From the NCBI RefSeq assembly GCF_026210795.1, contig NC_089433.1:1984001-2048000 (forward strand): a stretch of DNA of 64,000 nucleotides, written 5' to 3'. Source of the stretch: Rhizophagus irregularis. Its lineage: Eukaryota. Shown here piece by piece: positions 37,395 to 49,155 of the stretch. The translations under genes and the position numbers were made by a program. Position 1 is the first letter of the stretch, and every line of letters begins with the position of its first letter. The notes below the pieces were generated by a model, which had not been told where the DNA came from, ran no database searches, and saw nothing but the letters and a program-made list of their open reading frames with translations.

Positions 37395-38183
37395 TCAATC
37401 ATTTTGCCAATCCTTTAAAGGTTTGTCCCATCTAAATCTAATTGATAAGGGGTCATCAGATGGTCTTTGGATATCAATAACCACGAAATGTTTTTTTATC
37501 ACTTCATAAACTTTTTTTGCTAGAGGCTCATAATCATCATACATATCTTTAAGAATTCGTTTTATACTATCTAATGTTCCACATCCACGATGCAGCGAAA
37601 TATATTTAAAATTTCTGCGTATATTTTGATGGATTTCATAGAAACGCTGGGCAATATAAATTGAGCTAATTCCTTCATGTCTGCCTGATCTAAAGAAAAG
37701 AACAATTTTTAGCTGAGTTGCCAAAGGTTCCCCAGCAAGATCATCAAAGACTATAACAGTAGATCGGCCAGTTCTTTTGAAAGATGAAATATCAGATAGA
37801 TCTTCAGGTGCGATTAGCTTGAATCTCACATTTTCATACCATGGAGCTTGCTTATCCATGGCTATAAATTCATAAAAACATTGTACTACTTCCCATAGCT
37901 CATCTTGGTGTTGCGCAACAACAATTAGATCATTACACGGAATATATCTTTCACCAAAATTTTTGCTTCCGCCTTTTGGTATTTTATGACCACGTTTTTC
38001 ACCAGACATCCATGGATATACTTTTGGATATTTACTTCCTAGGAGCTGATGTACTACCATCTTTGTCTTTCCTGACTCAGAGGTGCCCGCAACTCCTAGT
38101 CTAAATGGAAGTTTAGGAGCAAATGGATTCTGTTTTTTCGAAGGTACAGTTTCGTCTAATTTGCATAGCTCGTAATACTCCAT
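37395..38183 (-). CDS. A32/FtsK-HerA-type DNA packaging ATPase (Polinton/virophage-like)
   Basis: Walker A GTSESGKT; Walker B IVFDDL; FRSGRHEGIS; IAQ...IRRN; ATG at 38183. Confidence 0.88.
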   Translation of the reverse strand: MEYYELCKLDETVPSKKQNPFAPKLPFRLGVAGTSESGKTKMVVHQLLGSKYPKVYPWMSGEKRGHKIPKGGSKNFGERYIPCNDLIVVAQHQDELWEVVQCFYEFIAMDKQAPWYENVRFKLIAPEDLSDISSFKRTGRSTVIVFDDLAGEPLATQLKIVLFFRSGRHEGISSIYIAQRFYEIHQNIRRNFKYISLHRGCGTLDSIKRILKDMYDDYEPLAKKVYEVIKKHFVVIDIQRPSDDPLSIRFRWDKPLKDWQND

Positions 38184-38314
38184 AGTTTTTGAAAAGCTAG
38201 GATACTTATTCAAGAAACATATTTTTGTTAACCGCAAGGAAAAAAGTGCCCTAGCTAATAAATAGAATCTGACTTTATAGATGCTAGCTTTTTTTCGTAA
38301 TTATAAAAATTGGA

Positions 38315-39526
38315 ATGGGAGAGCGTCAAGTCGAAAGACCGGTTATTTATATCGATCCTCAAAAAGCGCGAGAGCTAAATCAAATCATAGCAAAACAAAT
38401 ACCTACGATTAATATCGATTCCCAAAAAGCTCATAATTTAGACCAGCATCTTGCCTTGCAAAAACTATATTATTGTCCTGAAGGTCTGTATCAAAATGTT
38501 AAGGGATTGTGGGATGCTTGTAAAAAAGCCGGCTACAGCTTTCTATTTATTAATGTAAAAAAATGGCTTGAGGGCCAAGCAATGTATCAAATTTTTCGTC
38601 CTTCACCAAAGCATATACCTTATGCCAGTTACTCTAAAATCACGAAGCCAAATACTGTACACCAATGTGATTTAATCAAAATACCATATGATGAAAATGT
38701 GGATACAAATTTACTAGATAATGATGGCCCAATATATTACTATGTACTATTGGTTATAGACTGCGCGACTAGATATAAAGATTTCATTTTTTTAACATCA
38801 AAAAGCAGTGAGGAAGTTGCGGAAGCATTTAAGAGTATATATGATAATCCTGATAAACCTCTTAACTGGCCTCGAAAATTGCAATGTGATAAGGGCACTG
38901 AGTTTATGGGATACGTGACTTTATTAATGGATGAACATGGCGTTGAGATCCGAAGAATTATAGCACGTTTCAGGCATACAAGTTTCGCAATGATCGATCG
39001 TTATGCTGGATTATTCGAATATAGAGTTTTTAAAAATCAGTATTCAATAGAGTTTCTCCTACCTACTGGCAAGCGCTGTAGAGAATGTGAGCGGTTTGCA
39101 AGAAAAATTGTTGATAATATGAATGATAGCCCAACTCGATTGATTGGGATGAGTCCTAATGACGCCACAAAACTTGAGCAGATATATTCCAAACCATCAG
39201 TAAAATATAATCGCTCAATAGGTGTTGATGAACCACAACTACCAAAGGGTACTACTATCCGATTTTTGCTCGCTCCTGGAGAGTGGGAAAACGATCCTTT
39301 CGAACGACGCAGAATAACAGATCCGATATGGTCTCCCAGCCTGCATAAGATTCGGAAAATTGTTGTTGGAAAGAATCCTCCAATGCCTATTTTATATTAT
39401 TTAGATGAATCAGGACCCCAACGCCCTTTCGTGAGAGAACAATTGATGCATATTAAGGAAGAGCCCATGTTACCTCCTAGGTGGGTATTGGGAGATAACC
39501 GAATGCGTACAAGGCGCTCTTTATAA
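38315..39526 (+). CDS. Retroviral-like (rve) integrase, Maverick/Polinton type
   Basis: HQCDLI, VIDCATRY, LQCDKGTEF, MIDR (D at the usual E position); N terminus LYY...VKKWL; intact 403-aa ORF. Confidence 0.92.
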   Translation: MGERQVERPVIYIDPQKARELNQIIAKQIPTINIDSQKAHNLDQHLALQKLYYCPEGLYQNVKGLWDACKKAGYSFLFINVKKWLEGQAMYQIFRPSPKHIPYASYSKITKPNTVHQCDLIKIPYDENVDTNLLDNDGPIYYYVLLVIDCATRYKDFIFLTSKSSEEVAEAFKSIYDNPDKPLNWPRKLQCDKGTEFMGYVTLLMDEHGVEIRRIIARFRHTSFAMIDRYAGLFEYRVFKNQYSIEFLLPTGKRCRECERFARKIVDNMNDSPTRLIGMSPNDATKLEQIYSKPSVKYNRSIGVDEPQLPKGTTIRFLLAPGEWENDPFERRRITDPIWSPSLHKIRKIVVGKNPPMPILYYLDESGPQRPFVREQLMHIKEEPMLPPRWVLGDNRMRTRRSL

Positions 39527-40016
39527 AAGTTTCTAAGTCTACTACACAGTAAGGGATTGTAATAAGGATTACTCCTTTCCGATAGCATAACACTTTCTTT
39601 TTCCAATCACGCCAGATTTGTGCATCTAGATCCATCTGCCCTTGCAGGTGAAAAAAAGGGACGATTTGATAGTGCTGATTACCGCTATATTCAAAAGCCA
39701 AGCCTAGCTCTTCATTATATCCATCTAGATGTAATCCCTCCAAGAATTTAGGTTTTCGGAGAGGAAATTTTTTATGCGATAAATCCTCAAATATATACCG
39801 GCATGTTCTTTCTGGTACATTAGGACAAATATTGCACCATCTATAATTCTGTTTCATATTTTTATATGGCGCCTCCCATTGATGGCCTTTTTTACATGCC
39901 CATAAATATGTATTAGGACTAACTTTAGCTAAGCATCTTCCTTCACGCTTTTGGGCATATGCCAAAGCTTTAGTATTAATATCATCTTGCATTTTATAGG
40001 TACAATAGAATATCAC
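39477..40016 (-). CDS. Zinc ribbon + PD-(D/E)xK/Vsr-like endonuclease
   Basis: WACKKGHQW...WCNIC; LHLDGYNEELGLAFEYSGNQHY. Confidence 0.78.
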   Translation of the reverse strand: MIFYCTYKMQDDINTKALAYAQKREGRCLAKVSPNTYLWACKKGHQWEAPYKNMKQNYRWCNICPNVPERTCRYIFEDLSHKKFPLRKPKFLEGLHLDGYNEELGLAFEYSGNQHYQIVPFFHLQGQMDLDAQIWRDWKKKVLCYRKGVILITIPYCVVDLETFIKSALYAFGYLPIPT

Positions 40017-40243
40017 GTACAGAAATTTGCGGTAGTGATCATTAGCTCTGGACTAGTTTGGCCAGAAGAATCGATCTGGATATATGCAAATCCAGGTGCA
40101 AGTTCGAAAGTAAAATTAAACTTGGCTACTACTATTGCATAAGTAAAAATAAATATCGCCAGTATTCTTAGCAGGAAGTGGCAATTTCGGCTAAGAGTAC
40201 TTGACAATACAACTCAACAATCTTGTCTATATATTCGCTCTTT

Positions 40244-40711
40244 TTATGTATTATTGATATTATCAAGTAGATCGATATCTTTTAACAATTTTTTCGTTTG
40301 TTTATAAAGATTTTGCCATTGTACATGAAATTTGTTTCGTAAGACAGAAGACTTAATAAGACAGGGAAGAATACTTGTAAGATTATTTATATGGGATTTG
40401 ATTACTGCATGAACATTTGCAATTTTTTCTCCTGCTGTAATCCAATCATAATACAGAGTATAAAGAACTGTATGAATACGGGTTATTTCTTGTTTACTCC
40501 AGTTTAACCGATATTTTATAAAATCAAGATCTTCACGAAGTTCCCTTTCTTTTTGCTTTAAAATAACTCGAAATGCTTCAAAATTCCATTGATGATTTAT
40601 AGTAAGACAGGAATATAGTATATCTTTAATCTTGAGATTACTAAAAATTAATTCAAGCAGTTCAGAACAAACAAGTGGGCCAGGCCCAGCATTTTTTTGC
40701 GCAAGAAGCAT
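40244..40711 (-). CDS. F-box protein
   Basis: SELLELIFSNLKIKDILYSCLTINHQWN; starts inside the right TIR. Confidence 0.7.
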   Translation of the reverse strand: MLLAQKNAGPGPLVCSELLELIFSNLKIKDILYSCLTINHQWNFEAFRVILKQKERELREDLDFIKYRLNWSKQEITRIHTVLYTLYYDWITAGEKIANVHAVIKSHINNLTSILPCLIKSSVLRNKFHVQWQNLYKQTKKLLKDIDLLDNINNT

Positions 40712-42095
40712 GGTGTATATGCAAGAAAGCAGTATAAAATAACAGAGAAACTAGCAAAGTTCAAAATAAAAATTCTATATAATTTTGAGCGAATATGCTT
40801 GCTAGCGTGGGCAAAATACTGGGTCAGTAGTAGTACCCCAAAGTAATCAATATAATAATGCCTAAAAGTAATCGATGTAGTAGTACTCCAAAGTATCCCA
40901 GAGTAGAAACTATACAGGAACAAGAGCTAGAAGGCGAAAACAAGCAAGTTTATGGTAACCCACTCAAGCAGAATTATATATAGGAAAGAAAAGAGAAATT
41001 TCACTTGAGTGGCCTACCACCGATAGGCAGGAAAGAGACTGGAAAGGCAGAAAGGTTCAAGAGAATACACGAAAAAAGATATGAAAGCGATATAGCCTGA
41101 ACCAATTCGACACTTCGCATGAGCCTCACACAGCAATCAGAAAGGGCATATAAAGGGCGGGATTGCAAGAATGGGCACAAATTCGGCACTTTGTGCCTCA
41201 TCCTCGGCAATCAAAAGGGTTATGGAAGGCAGGATTGCACATCTAGGTCACCAATTCGGCACTTCGTGCCTCATCCCTGGCAATCAAAAAGTGAGGAAAT
41301 GGATTGTGAAATGTCTTCGGCAAATAGATGAATTGCAAATTCGGCACTTTGTGCCTCATCCGGCAATCAAATAGGCATCTCCAAATCTCCAACCAACTGA
41401 TACACCAGATCGAATCCTGAATATCCCTTGAAAGTTGCAAGAAGGTTGCGAGAAAGTGACGGGGAAGTGCCTGGAACTGGCGAGAAACTGGATCACATGA
41501 TTAACACAGTAGGCGCAGTAGAATTTCGTTAATTTCGGCTAGCACTATTCCATATTTTTTTTGCATAAATTTCAGGATGCAATATCTCGGCATCCAGGCA
41601 TCCGATTCATGCGATCTTAGCATCATTGGAAAGCTCTCAACGTCCTCATCAGAACGAGCTTAAAACCGCATGAATCCAATCACAGGAAGCCAAGATATTC
41701 CGCCCTAAAGATTAGGTCAAAAATATAGCATAATGCCGGCCAAAATCTGATTAGCAAATTTACTGCGCCACCCGATCACAACATGATTTTTAGCAATCAA
41801 GGCCGGCCAAGCATTTTGGCCACAAAAAGGCTACAGAGCAATGAAAACAAGCAAATAGTTACAAGGCAGTAAAAAGATGGCAGAACAATAAAATCAAGCA
41901 AATATTTATAAAGCAACCAAACAGTCACAGACTAGTGAAAACAGATGGGTAGCAATAAAGCATCAGAAGGGGCATAGACACCTAAAAATAAGTAAGTAGG
42001 CATTAATATCTATAAGTAGGCATCACTATGGTGTAAGTAGATAGATTAAGTAGACATCACTATATATATAGTGATGTCTACTTAATCTATCTACT
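40682..42095 (-). repeat. Right TIR (1,414 bp)
   Basis: Reverse complement of 11404-12817. Confidence 0.97.
42036..42095. repeat. Perfect 60-bp terminal palindrome, right
   Basis: Identical to 11404-11463. Confidence 0.97.
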
Positions 42096-43029
42096 GGATT
42101 TTATTTGCCATTTAAGGATTTTAGTAGAATAAATCTAATAAAATAAATTTAAAAGATAAAAAACAAATATATAATTAGTTATTTTGAAAAAAAAAGAATA
42201 TCTTATTATTCATTTTACAACTATTTTACATCATAATTATTTTTTATTTGCATGTATTTTTTACAAAGAAAAAACAATAAATTAAAGCTAAAAATTATGA
42301 AAAAATATGTCTTTCTATGTATATAAAATATTAAGTTTTTTTTTTACTTACCACTTAAAAATAACTGCTATATTTGCTTATAAACTTTTTTTTCATATTT
42401 AATAAAAGTGAATAGAAAAATGATGGAAAAGTGATGGGCAGTGATGGGGAAAAAGAAGTGGTTATTACCGTTATTTTTAAATATTGATTAAAAAAATTTT
42501 TTTTATTTTTTATTAAATCTGAGTTATGTAAATATGTAACACATATTTAATTTAGATTTGTGTAATGTTAATTTTACTAAAATATTAAATTTTTATAAAA
42601 ATCTTAATTTAGACTAATTCCAAAAATTAGCACATATGTAATTAATTATAACGATAATGTATTTTTAAAAATGTTTAATAAAATATCAAATTAATGAAAA
42701 ATAAACTAAATAAAATTCAGAAATAAATCAGCTGGCTTTAGATTACAATTCTCATATATGAATACAGATCGAATCATTTACTAATGTAAGTCAAATATCC
42801 TTTCCGAATATAAGACGATTGGCACCCTAAATGTGCCCAAAAATTTGATCTCAATTTGATACAGGTTAGATCATCATTCGACCTATATTCGACCTGATCA
42901 AATTTAGGTTGAATTGTCCTATTTCAACTAGATAGTGTAACACCTGCTTTTCCAGAAACATTTTTATTTTACATCAGTCAATCACTCTGAACGTAACACA
43001 TTTTTTTATCTGAGTCTTATAATACATAA

Positions 43030-43580
43030 TACTATATCTAAAATTAATACGCAACTCAGTACTAAATGTAATATATTATTAAAACAAACTCAGAGAGCAA
43101 GAAATATATACAAATTATTTGAAAAAATAGGAATTGATAAAATCAAGTATATCACAACATATACTGTGAATTCTATTGCAGAATTATCTGATAATCAGTC
43201 AAACTCAAACTATTATTGGCTATTTCTCCAAGAATCCTAACATTGGATTACCTGATGATCAAGATAACTCTATTATCGATTCCGAAGAGGAGATTTCAAA
43301 TGAGCAGACTAACACATCAGAAGTGCGAGTGAATACTTTAGTTTCAGATAAAGCAAACGTCTCAACAGTACCTATTCCGTTAACTTATGTCTCTGATTCT
43401 GTTAAATCTCAAGTCACAGAAAATAGAGTATGGTAGGTTGAATGGAATTACTGTGAAGATAAGGACATGTATGATAACTGCTATTATGAGAAGATAAAGG
43501 TTATTATTATCATAATGGAAAATATGAAAGAAAAGTCTCACCGATGACGAGTCCAATCATCACTCCAGTATATGCTTAAG
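43030..43580 (+). pseudogene. Decayed paralog of the 23227 gene family
   Basis: Reads FEKIGIDKIKYITTY..., compared with FGKNGIGLDKIKLVSY; frameshifted. Confidence 0.5.
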
Positions 43581-44139
43581 TATAATACCTGCTACTTCAG
43601 AGCTGAAATACGCAGTATAGACTAGGATAGTTCTGGATGATATGGTCTTAGCAAGTTATTAGCTTTTTTTGTATCGAATAAATAAAGCGCATGTATTCTA
43701 AATTACTAATCGCAGCCGCAGTTATGCCTGCAGCCGTAATATAGACTATTTATTTCTGATTTAGCTAGTCCAGATGTTGATCATATCAGCTTTACCAAAA
43801 TCATGTGATATACCAGATACTATTAATTCTGCATATATTTATAGTACAACCATTTTTTTTTTGTAGAAATCATCCCAAAGCATTACAACTGTTAACCTTC
43901 ATAGTGGTTTTCAATGTAGTACATTTTAGAGAATATGTTACTGGTGGAGAAATGCGTGAAAATGCCTCTTTCAGACTGAGAAACGGCCCTAAATACAAAG
44001 ATATTATATTAAGATAACTGTTTCATACACTTTGGAAATAATTCCTCTAAGTAACATAAGTGTAACTATGTATATTTTGGCCATTTTGATACTAGTAAAC
44101 ATAGTAGATATTACATCAATTATTATGATGAGGTTCCAA

Positions 44140-44590
44140 TCATTATATTCAGGAGCCATGCTGAGAACTGGAAATAAAAACGTGTAAATATTACAAGGGC
44201 AAAAGATGAAGAATTAGACTGTACCAGACATTTATGTAGCAACTTTACGATGCCTCTTAGGCAGTTTCTCAAGCCAGTACTCTTCTAATTCTCTTGTTGC
44301 AAGAAGTTCATCCCCATCATTGAGTGTGAGATTCCTCAAGAAATCGTCCTGATTATCACATTCCATAACTTTAAGTCCTTCACTTTGAAACCAGCAGGAA
44401 CATCTATTTCCGCTTTTATAGCTTTGTTGAGCTCACTAACAGGCTCGTCCCTACTAATTTTGAAGCATTCACAGTTGTATTACTCTTAACAAAGTAAGTG
44501 ATAGACATTTTTCAACTTATATAGTGTTTTTTGCGAAATGCTATTGGCTCAAAGTGTAACAAGAGTAAAAAAGGAATTTTATTTGCGAAT
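44140..44590 (-). pseudogene. Decayed Crinkler 5' region
   Basis: Inverted similarity to about 21020-21490 (upstream region, exon 1 and intron), with indels. Confidence 0.7.
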
Positions 44591-44879
44591 GGCACTAATG
44601 AGAGAATTGAGAAATTCATCGGTTGTACAGACCCCCCTGTTGTATGACTCATTTATTTGTGACACAAATGCGGTGATATTAATCAATTAATGCTCCGGAT
44701 CAGATCGGAATTAGTACTACATCAAGTGCTTACGACCTGAACAGCTCTACTGCGGATGAAGCTATATAAGATCATGCGTTCAATAGATAAGTATAGACAT
44801 ATCAATCAACAAAAGGCAATTTTTTATTACGTTTTAATATTTAGGTGGAATTTCGATATAAGTTTGAGGCATATAGTTA

Positions 44880-46290
44880 TTTTTTAATTTCTTACATTCT
44901 CTAATGTTCCCTAGGAATTTCCCTTCACGTTTAATTAAAATGTTAGCGGTGCAATTATGATAATCTTTAGGTCTGTATTCTTTATCTAACTTAAACTCAT
45001 CAAGCAACCACTCTTCAAGCTTATTTAACGAAGAAATTATATTTTGTTTTTCTTCATGATCAATAAGAAAGCAATGGTTAATTTGCCATCATTAATATTA
45101 GTTACCCTACATCCAATATTAACTTGTTTTTTATACTTTTTCCCGTCTTTTAATTCATAATCTTTTAATATCCATAACTCATCATTTACTCTAATAACTT
45201 CAGCATCACATGCGTCCCGAAGATATTTATCTGCGCTTTCATCTAAACATTAAATGTATGACTGTATCAGAATCGTATATTAATTATACCAAAAAATGTC
45301 CCATTAGTTGCGGAACAACGACACTTTCAGTAGAGCGTATCGTCGCACTACAACTCTTTTAGTCTAGATTGAACTGTAAGACGCTCAAATAAATACCTGG
45401 AGCTTTTCCTTTATCATCCAGATGCATAGTATCAAACGTTTCTGCTACTATAAAATTAGGTTATTTGATAGGTTTCTACAAATAAAAACACGTTATTATA
45501 AAAATTACTTACAACTTCCTATATTTGGTTCATCACCGAACTCTTTGACTTTCCATCCGAATGCGTCTCTAAGTACACCCAAAATATCATATTTGTATGT
45601 TTTTTGGGTTACCGATGTTGCATTCAAGTAAGAAATGGCATGGAATATAATGTATGCACGTGGTTTATCACGGATAAGTTCTTTAAGGGTTGGCTTTTTT
45701 AATGCGATCCATGTATGAATATCGTTAGCATAGAGACGTTCCATGGCGTCTGTCGTCTGTTTGTACCAGAGTTCGATAAGTAAGTATATCTCAGTTATTA
45801 GGAAATCTCGCACGCCCCTCAAGTCATCATCTTTATGGACTAATTCCTTTAACTCTGCATTGGCCTTAATTTCACATAGATTCCAATTAAGATTTTTTAT
45901 TGCATCTCCGTACTCTGCTAATGTCATTTGCATCGTTGGTACTATACAAAAGTGCCATCCTTTTTGACAACACGTAGGAAATCGAAGTCTAGTCTTGTGG
46001 GTGAAAACAATAGCTAATCCTTGAGGTAGGAGAGTATCCTTGGGAAGAAAGTAGCAGTCAATTTGATCACTAATAGGATTTTTATGAGGGGGTTCGCCCA
46101 AAGGTGTAAAACATGAAACTCCTATTGGGTTAATATCATCGTGTATGTAGTGTCTTACGAAATTTCCATCCACAAGTTCGTAGTCTACATGTCTAATCTC
46201 TTCAGTTGTAACTCCAAGTCGGTGAATGGGGCAAGGAGTCTTTGTTAGAAGCTTACCTTTCCTTGGTGGTCTTGAAGTTGCAGATTCCAT
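44880..46290 (-). CDS. Tse2-like ADP-ribosyltransferase-fold protein, spliced (3' exons approximate)
   Basis: HRLG...GVSCF...LPKDTLLPQGL...HFCIVPTMQMTLAEY; GTAAGT donor at the ORF end; downstream exon DESADKYLRDACDAEV. Confidence 0.55.
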
Positions 46291-46764
46291 GGTAAATAAT
46301 TAACCAGAAAATTAATATATATGTTGCTGATATTTTCAATTTTCGTCTCCAAATTTGACCTTTTTTATATTTTGCTGAAAGTAGGAAAGTGATTAATAAG
46401 CGGCAGAATTTTAGTATGGGAGAATTAAATCCCTTTTAACAACATGATTTTTTTTTTATAAATCAAGCATAATCGACAAAATTTCATGAATTACACGTGA
46501 TATTTATCAAGTAAACGTTTCACATAGAGACCTTCTGACTCGTGGAGATCACGAAGTTCATAACAGGTCCCTTTTTGGGACCACATATGGTTTTGTCCCT
46601 GCTCTCCACACCATGCTTGACAAGGCAGAATAACGTGACTGACATTTTCGGGTTTTATACGGTTTTTCGTGAAATGTTATTGGTGCAAACTAGCGTGAGA
46701 AATCAATCTGTTATACAAATATGTTATCAGTTATGTGATCGTTTATTTTGTGACAGGAGTACAT

Positions 46765-47111
46765 TAGGGATGTTATTCGAGTTCGAAGTAAAAACTACTT
46801 GAATCGAGTTTTATGGTCAATAGTATTTAAAATTCAATGAAATCAATTTTTGAGCATAAAGTATAATAGCATAACAATTCATATATGCATTAATTTTACA
46901 AATGAAATAAAAATAATTATTTTGCGTATTATATTATTAAATCAGGGTTAAACTAATTGCTTGAGTAAGCAAACTTTACTAATACACTTATAAGCATAGT
47001 TTCAAACATGATTCAAAAATTGGTTTATGTAAATCAATTTAAAGCCGGATTCAAATTAGTTTAATCAGGTTTAGAACCTGAACTAAACGCTTAAGCAATC
47101 TAACATCCCTA
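46765..47111. mobile_element. hAT-like MITE
   Basis: TIR TAGGGATGTTA/TAACATCCCTA; TSD GAGTACAT/GAATACAT (1 mismatch). Confidence 0.75.
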
Positions 47112-47541
47112 GAATACATGCATGTTGGCAAACAAACATCTTAAATTGTGAACATACACATGGTAACAGAAATGGCCTATTCCTGGTATATCAATATTTT
47201 ATTTAATATAAAATTTTGCTACAGTATGAATATCAATACATAATTTTTCATCTGGAGGGTTGTGATCTGCCTGATTCACTTTAATAACTATGGCAATATC
47301 AATCCTATATAATTCACCCAAAACAAATGAGTTTAACATTTCATCGCTTTCAAGTAAATCATTTATAAAGACTAATGTTCCAATTCTTGACTCCAACAAG
47401 CTCAGAGAAACATTTGTGAACTCTGTCCTTTAATCCAACTAATGCCATATCGCAACTAATATTTCAGCTAATATTTTTCTTATTATACCTATAACAAAGT
47501 TTGTAACAGATTTTCCTCTAATTCATAGAACTCACCATGAT

Positions 47542-49050
47542 AGGATCCCGAAAAATACATATAAAAGTCAGCAAAATTTTGCCTTAAAATAAGCAAATGT
47601 TTTTACTAAAATCAATACGCAAAGTTGACTTCTGACTTTATAATTTATATTAGAATAAGCAAATTTTTTTTATGACATTTGTATATTAAAAAAATAAAAT
47701 CATGGCTTTTTTTTTAATTTAATTAGTTGTATTTAGCAGTATAATTGATTTTCAATTGCTAGCATAATGCCAAATTGCATAAATTAATTTGTACTAACAT
47801 ATTTATTTATACTACTATATTTAATTATTTGATAATTCAAGTATTAACACTAAAACAAAAAGATTGTTCATTATTTTTTAATAAATTATAACAAAAACTT
47901 AGAATATTGATAACATTTTAAAGTTAAAGAAAAGTCAATATAATTTATAAAATCATTTCTAAAAGAAAATCCTATTTCTAAAGAAAAAAAATATTAATAC
48001 TACTTTCACATATAAAACAAAAAAAATTCCACCCTATTCTCAACTTACTAAAAATTTCAGTTTAGTTTTAATCTAAAAACTATTTCTAATAGAAAAAACA
48101 ATAGAAATGTTAATAATACTTCTAAAATAAACAAAATAAAGCTAAAAAATTCTTTACTTACAGTGAGCATTGGAGTTCCAGTCTGAATTCCAAGTTCCTA
48201 AAAAAAAGTAAAAGGAATATTAGTATGGTAATATTTCCAAAAAAATTGACTATACTTTTCTCTTAACTCATATTTTTCTAAGATATTGGTATCTAAAATA
48301 ATAAATTTTAGATTTAAGAAGTTGCTTTTAAAGAAAAATAATAAAAAGGAATATTAATAACATTTTAAACCAAATATTTTTTTTAAATAAAATGGCCTGT
48401 TGTTAAAAAAATATAACAGTAAAGGTCAAAAAAAAATTTTTATTGAATAAAATGGTTTGTTACAGACCAAAAAAAATTATTTTATTTTTTTCTTTCAATA
48501 AAATGGTCTGTTAAAAGTCAAAAAATTGAAAAAAAAATTATCTATTATCAATCAGATTAGCCGTCAATTATGTATTTTCAAAAATTTATGTATTATACTA
48601 TGTGTAATGCTGCTTATTAGGGAATTCCAAGGTATTATGCTACTAATTAGTAGAAAATTGCTGGAATTCCAAGGCATTATGCTACTAATTAGTAGAAAAT
48701 TGCTGGAATTCTAAGGCATTATGCTGCTAATTAGTAGAAAATCGCCAGAATTCCAAGGTGTTATGCTGCTAATTAGTAGAAAATTGCTGAAATTCCAAGG
48801 CATTATGCTGCTAATTAGTAGAAGACCGCTGGAATTATATATATATATATATTTTATTAAAAAATACCGTTGATTATGCAAATTAAAATATATGACATAT
48901 ATAAAAATGATTATTATTATGCAAACTATATATATAACCTTTTAAAAAATCTCAAAATCTATGCAAATAAAATTTTATGACTTTTGGAAATTTTACTAAT
49001 ATAGTTAAGCAAACTTATATGTGACCTTTATATATATTTTTGTGGGTCCT
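47542..49050. mobile_element. Non-autonomous DNA transposon with AGG...CCT ends and 8-bp TSD
   Basis: Imperfect TIR of about 29 bp; TSD ACCATGAT; 42-bp tandem repeat at about 48600-48840. Confidence 0.8.
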
Positions 49051-49155
49051 ACCATGATATAAAGATATCTCAAATTATAAATACAGTCGGACCTCTATGT
49101 ACCAATACTGTTGTTTTAGGAAAAATATATCAGTATATCAAATTATCGTTACATA

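Larger units (their letters stand above)
11404..42095. mobile_element. 30.7-kb Maverick/Polinton-like virus-like element with palindromic termini
   Basis: 1,414-bp TIRs; AGTAG...CTACT ends; 5-bp TSD GGATT (11399-11403, 42096-42100); integrase, packaging ATPase and primase-helicase inside. Confidence 0.95.

Noticed and set aside
32323..39526. A complete LTR retrotransposon running from gag to integrase
   Set aside because: No RT, RNase H or LTRs; the integrase is Maverick-like and separated from the protease by unrelated genes on both strands.
11404..42095. Canonical Maverick/Polinton, Starship or Crypton
   Set aside because: No PolB, capsid or cysteine protease was recognised. Long TIRs with a TSD and an rve integrase do not fit elements mobilised by a tyrosine recombinase.
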